64,000 nucleotides of DNA from Macrostomum hystrix (taxonomy: Eukaryota; Animalia; Platyhelminthes), in contig CATNEN010000001.1 in NCBI GenBank assembly GCA_950097015.1, positions 17,794,001-17,858,000 on the forward strand. The letters are read 5' to 3'. Each line of letters begins with the position of its first letter. Within the stretch, counting starts at the first letter, position 1. The position numbers and the translations under genes are program-made. Of this stretch, positions 57,868-64,000 are shown one piece after another. Below the pieces are notes generated by a model that ran no database searches, was not told the origin of the DNA, and saw only the letters and a list, made by a program, of their open reading frames with translations.

Positions 57868-60800
57868 GCTCAGTTTAATGACAATTATCCCAGATCCTCA
57901 GTTTGGTTACAATCTTAGATTGGTGATAATCCCCCAGATAAAAAGTTTTAAACAATGAAATGAACTAAGCATTGATACAACACTGATACAACACAACAAC
58001 AATGATACAACATTGATACGATACAATGATACAACAATATATAAACATTTAAAGCTCAGTTTAATGACAATTATCCCAGATCCTCAGTTTGGTGACAATC
58101 CCAGAACCTCTGTTTGGTGACAATCCCAGATCCTCTGTTTGGGACAATCCCAGATCCTCAGTTTGGTGACAATCCCAGATCCTCAGTTCGGGACAATCCC
58201 AGATCCTCAGTTTAATGACAATTATCCCAGATCCTCAGTTTGGTGACAATCCCAGATCCTCAGTTTGGTGACAATCCCAGATTCTTAGTTTCGTGACAAT
58301 CCCAGATCCTCAGTTTGGTGACAATCCCAGATCCTCAGTTTGGTTACAATCCCAGATCCTCTGTTTGGTTACAATCCCAGATCCTCTGTTTGGTGACAAT
58401 CCCAGATCCTCAGTTTGGGACAATCCCAGATTGGTGATAATCCCCCAGATAAAAAGTTTCAAACAATGAAATGAACTAAGCATTGATACAACACTGATAC
58501 AACACAACAACAATGATACAACATTGATACGATACAACGATACAATGATACAACAATATATTCTCAGTTTGGTGACAATCCCAGATCCTCAGTTTAATGA
58601 CAATTATCCCAGATCCTCAGTTTGGTTACAATCCCAGATCCTCTGTTTGGTGACAATCCCAGATCCTCAGTTTGGGACAATCCCAGATTGGTGATAATCC
58701 CCCAGATAAAAAGTTTCAAACAATGAAATGAACTAAGCATTGATACAACACTGATACAACACAACAACAATGATACAACATTGATACGATACAATGATAC
58801 AATGATACAACAATATATCCTCAGTTTGGTGACAATCCCAGATCCTCAGTTTAATGACAATTATCCCAGATCCTCAGTTTGGTTACAATCCCAGATCCTC
58901 TGTTTGGTGACAATCCCAGATCCTCAGTTTGGGACAATCCCAGATTGGTGATAATCCCCCAGATAAAAAGTTTCAAACAATGAAATGAACTAAGCATTGA
59001 TACAACACTGATACAACACAACAACAATGATACAACATTGATACGATACAACGATACAATGATACAACAATATATAAAAATTTAAAGCTCAGTTTAATGA
59101 CAATTATCCCAGATCCTCAGTTTGGTGACAATCCCAGAACTTCTGTTTGGTGACAATCCCAGATCCTCTGTTTGGGACAATCCCAGATCCTCAGTTTGGT
59201 GACAATCCCAGATCCTCAGCTTGGGACAATCCCAGATCCTCAGTTTAATGACAATTATCCCAGATCCTCAGTTTGGTGACAATCCCAGATCCTCAGTTTG
59301 GTGACAATCCCAGATTCTTAGTTTCGTGACAATCCCAGATCCTCAGTTTGGTGACAATCCCAGATCCTCAGTTTGGTTACAATCCCAGATCCTCTGTTTG
59401 GTTACAATCCCAGATCCTCTGTTTGGTGACAATCCCAGATCCTCAGTTTGGGACAATCCGAGATTGGTGATAATCCCCCAGATAAAAAGTTTCAAACAAT
59501 GAAATGAACTAAGCATTGATACAACACTGTTACAACACAACAACAATGATACAACATTGATACGATACAACGATACAATGATACAACAATATATCCTCAG
59601 TTTGGTGACAATCCCAGATCCTCAGTTTAATGACAATTATCCCAGATCCTCAGTTTGGTTACAATCCCAGATCCTCTGTTTGGTGACAATCCCAGATCCT
59701 CAGTTTGGGACAATCCCAGATTGGTGATAATCCCCCAGATAAAAAGTTTCAACAATGAAATGAACTAAGCATTGATACAACACTGATACAACACAACAAC
59801 AATGATACAACATTGATACGATACAACGATACAATGATACAACAATATATAAAAATTTAAAGCTCAGTTTAATGACAATTATCCCAGATCCTCAGTTTGG
59901 TTACAATCCCAGATTGGTGATAATCCCCCAGATAAAAAGTTTTAAACAATGAAATGAACTAAGCATTGATACAACACTGATACAACACAACAACAATGAT
60001 ACAACATTGATACGATACAACGATACAATGATACAACAATATATAAACATTTAAAGCTCAGTTTAATGACAATTATCCCAGATCCTCAGTTTGGTTACAA
60101 TCCCAGAACCTCTGTTTGGTGACAATCCCAGATCCTCAGTTTGGGACAATCCCAGATCCTCAGTTTAATGACAATTATCCCAGATCCTCAGTTTGGTGAC
60201 AATCCCAGATCCTCAGTTTGGTGACAATCCCAGATTCTTAGTTTCGTGACAATCCCAGATCCTCAGTTTGGTGACAATCCCAGATCCTCAGTTTAATGAC
60301 AATTATCCCAGATCCTCAGTTTGGTTACAATCCCAGATCCTCAGTTTAGTGACAACCCCAGATTCTCAGTTTCGTGACAACCCCAGATCCTCTGTTTGGT
60401 GACAATCCCAGATCCTCTGTTTGGGACAATCCCAGATCCTCAGTTTGGTGACAATCCCAGATCCTCAGTTTGGGACAATCCCAGATCCTCAGTTTAATGA
60501 CAATTATCCCAGATCCTCAGTTTGGTGACAATCCCAGATCCTCAGTTTGGTGACAATCCCAGATTCTTAGTTTCGTGACAATCCCAGATCCTCAGTTTGG
60601 TGACAATCCCAGATCCTCAGTTTGGTTACAATCCCAGATCCTCTGTTTGGTTACAATCCCAGATCCTCTGTTTGGTGACAATCCCAGATCCTCAGTTTGG
60701 GACAATCCCAGATTGGTGATAATCCCCCAGATAAAAAGTTTCAAACAATGAAATGAACTAAGCATTGATACAACACTGATACAACACAACAACAATGATA

Positions 60801-61603
60801 CAACATTGATACGATACAATGATACAATGATACAACAATATATCCTCAGTTTGGTGACAATCCCAGATCCTCAGTTTAATGACAATTATCCCAGATCCTC
60901 AGTTTGGTTACAATCCCAGATCCTCTGTTTGGTGACAATCCCAGATCCTCAGTTTGGGACAATCCCAGATTGGTGATAATCCCCCAGATAAAAAGTTTCA
61001 AACAATGAAATGAACTAAGCATTGATACAACACTGATACAACACAACAACAATGATACAACATTGATACGATACAACGATACAATGATACAACAATATAT
61101 AAAAATTTAAAGCTCAGTTTAATGACAATTATCCCAGATCCTCAGTTTGGGACAATCCCAGATTGGTGATAATCCCCCAGATAAAAAGTTTTAAACAATG
61201 AAATGAACTAAGCATTGATACAACACTGATACAACACAACAACAATGATACAACATTGATACGATACAACGATACAATGATACAACAATATATAAACATT
61301 TAAAGCTCAGTTTAATGACAATTATCCCAGATCCTCAGTTTGGTTACAATCCCAGAACCTCTGTTTGGTGACAATCCCAGATCTTCTGTTTGGGACAATC
61401 CCAGATCCTCAGTTTCGTGACAATCCCAGATCCTCAGTTTAATGACAATTATCCCAGATCCTCAGTTTGGTGACAATCCCTGATCCTCAGTTTGGTGACA
61501 ATCCCAGATCCTCAGTTTGGTGACAATCCCAGATTCTCAGTTTCGTGACAATCCCAGATCCTCAGTTTCGTGACAATCCCAGATCCTCAGTTTGGGGACA
61601 ATC
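57868..61603. repeat. Expanded 22/25-bp satellite with higher-order blocks
   Basis: 22-bp units alternate with a ~130-bp gatacaaca-rich spacer block about ten times. Confidence 0.95.
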
Positions 61604-61691
61604 AGTCCATGACAACTAAATAAAAAAACGACGAAACTAATTCACTAAGTTGACTTATGCTGGAATGCCGGATGCTGTTGCCAGGGGCCGG

Positions 61692-62060
61692 TTACCAAGG
61701 ACGCCACACAGGCTGGGCTCCCTCCTGGTCCATCGACTGGCTAGATTCTTCGTCAGTAGACAAAGCCGACACCGTTGATGAGGCCGAAGACTTGCAGCAG
61801 AAGCTCATGGCCGTAGATTGAGTCTTGGCTGAGCCATTCAGCAGCAGCTCCACAGTCAGCTCCAGGATGTCGGCCTTCTCTAGGCGCTTAATCCGGTACG
61901 GTTTTATCACCTTGTTGGCCTGCAGCAGCTCTTTGAGTCTGTCCAAGCTGGCATTAATTCTGGCTCTGCGCTGCTGCTCCATCACCTGCTTGCTGATTCT
62001 CCTATGCTCCATCAACTCTACTGGGCGCGTGGTTCGTGTTTTGTTAATTCGGAGCTCCAT
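61692..62060 (-). CDS. hes: HES bHLH repressor with intact WRPW motif (122 aa)
   Basis: bHLH plus terminal WRPW*; nearly identical to 2334-2699. Confidence 0.92.
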   Translation of the reverse strand: MELRINKTRTTRPVELMEHRRISKQVMEQQRRARINASLDRLKELLQANKVIKPYRIKRLEKADILELTVELLLNGSAKTQSTAMSFCCKSSASSTVSALSTDEESSQSMDQEGAQPVWRPW

Positions 62061-64000
62061 CGAAATTTCGAAATCGACCGGCCGAGTTTATAATTTTATA
62101 AGTACCCCCGGCACCGCCAACCCCCTGTTTCCTTTCCTCTATCCCCGCTTCACTCGTGAAATGAATTCCGTTCCAGAATGTTCTAGAATGTTCTGCAGTT
62201 TTAGCTGTCATGTTCAGCCTAGATTCTCCCAAATGTGCCTTATCTAAAAACAAACCTCATAAGCAAACAAGATAGATCATCTTCGTTGCAACGAGCGTGT
62301 GAATTAAAAAATGACTGTCAACACAGGTGGACAGGCGGCTTATTCTGAAGTTCTGACGGGCTTTAAGTTCTCTGAGTCGTTGTTCCCTTTGAGAAAACAA
62401 ACTTCAGAATTTTTAGATAAGGGTCAGCATGGCGTAACCCAGTCCATGGACTGAACACTTCTGCAGCCAGCAGCTTGATCTTCGTAAAAATATTTTGTTT
62501 TATAAAATTAAAAAGCGAGAAAACCAAAACCGAATTGATATTTAGAACTGCAGCAGCATTACACAGTTGTAGTTAGAATTTTCATAATGTACAGCGCTAA
62601 TTTCCTACGGCATTGTCAGTCTTGACGCCACTTTGGCTTAACAACAGCCAGTGAAAAAGTGTTTTTGTCCTTCAAAAAGCCAGTCACAGCAATAGTTAGA
62701 AAATCATAAACATATTTCATATATCACATATTTCTCAAACGTAGAATTTGAGAATTCACATTTATTTTGGCTTGAGCAAATCACTTTTTAAGCTGCAATG
62801 CACTGCAAACCTTTGTTTTCACTTTCACTTTCACTTCTCCGTTAATCTAATGCACGTGTGAAATTTTAAACCGATCAACATAAGTTGACACTGAAATTAA
62901 TTAGACAAGACGAAATAAATACAAAGACTCATGAGATTTTTTCCTGCCAATTCTTCACGAAACATAGGGAAAGTTTATTTTGCAAAGCTAATTATTATTT
63001 CAAGCATTTAATTGCTAGGAATTTCAGCCATGTCATAATTATTTGAGTTGGCATTTGTATTTAGAGTATGTTATGTGAATACAGCAGCAAAGTGTGTTCT
63101 TATGAAGTTTGTGTATAGGTTCTGAAATATTTATGCACTGTAGCTACAGTTTTTACAGAAGGCACATTTTTACCTTTTTACCTTTAAGTCTCTTATAGCA
63201 GCTCAAGTTCTGTGTTTATCTATATTAGCAAATTTTGAAATGTAAACTAGGGATAAAAAGAGGGCCTCAGTTTAATCAATATTCATAAAGGCATTCAGAA
63301 CAAGATTAGTTTATTCACAGTTAGTCAATCATGTCTTTTTGGTTGGCACTCAACAGGCTGTTGTTGATTGTTGGCCATTCAGCTTCAACACCAGACTAGG
63401 ATTCTTGGGACTCCTTGTCCTGTTAGATAGGCTCTCCTTGTCCTGTTAGGTGTGAGAGGTGAGACAGTTGGTTTGCTGTTTGTATTTAGATCTATAGCTA
63501 GGCAAGAAGGGGCAGAAGGCTGATAAGAGCTTATAAATGATTGTTAGCTATATTAGGTTGAATAGGACCACAATTGAGGTAATTATACAGGGCTGGTATG
63601 AACTGTGTATGGGGCTTGAGCATAAATGTACAAGATCTGATAGCTCAAGTGTACACTCTAGTACATCAGATAACTCAGTAAAGATAGCTAGCAATGCCAC
63701 AATTCTAGCTAGTGTTATAAAGACCTGGGGAAAATAGTGTTCATAAATTCATTAGCTAGAGGAATTTCATAAACAGCAGTTTCAAGGCAAACAACTGCTC
63801 ATGCAGTATCAAAACCAATAGCTCAAGGCAAACTGCTGTGCGTGCATTATCAAAACTGAGAGCTCAAGCAACCAGCAAAAAATTTGTGTGTTGGGTATCG
63901 TGGGCTGGATTGGGCTAACACTGAGAAATGATTATGTACTCAAGCACTTACCATAGCCTTTAATCATATGTGATTAGTTCTCATATGCCCTTAGCTATAC

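Larger units (their letters stand above)
56723..64000. mobile_element. Copy B of the HES-carrying EnSpm/CACTA-like element (right end outside the window)
   Basis: Starts CCCGGTGGGACA; TIR, 190-bp repeat, 22-bp satellite, HES and downstream sequence are colinear with 322-3610. Confidence 0.8.

Noticed and set aside
57868-61603. Repeated MYRINVVSLLLCC ORFs or a CRISPR-like repeat-spacer pattern
   Set aside because: The ORFs are by-products of the higher-order satellite, and the spacer blocks are themselves repeats.

Overview
Repeat-dense eukaryotic genomic DNA from a metazoan, probably an invertebrate. It has GT-AG introns, tRNA-SINEs and satellites, and is built from nested mobile elements. 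(1) A 9.3-kb cargo element (322-9647) has EnSpm/CACTA-type CCCGGTGGGACA termini, ~200-bp palindrome-rich inverted ends and a 2-bp TG target duplication. It has no transposase and carries a Hairy/E(spl) bHLH gene, a small novel ORF and a spliced ETS-domain gene. A second copy starts at 56723 and runs off the window, and reshuffled cargo pieces lie at ~18.8-27.5 kb. (2) A 9.7-17.2 kb block encodes a stand-alone LOTUS/OST-HTH-like protein, two degraded tyrosine-recombinase-like genes (one ending in a Tudor-like motif) and orphan ORFs. (3) A SETD8/PR-Set7-like SET gene sits in a 4.2-kb cassette bounded by hairpin-containing inverted repeats. (4) An intact EnSpm-type transposase lies head-to-head with a DUF4806-like gene. 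(5) A palindrome with ~3-kb arms (35848-53154) encloses a USP-like protease fragment. (6) A young Ty3/Gypsy element with an extra third ORF is inserted in one palindrome arm. All domain assignments come from reading motifs by eye; no searches were run.
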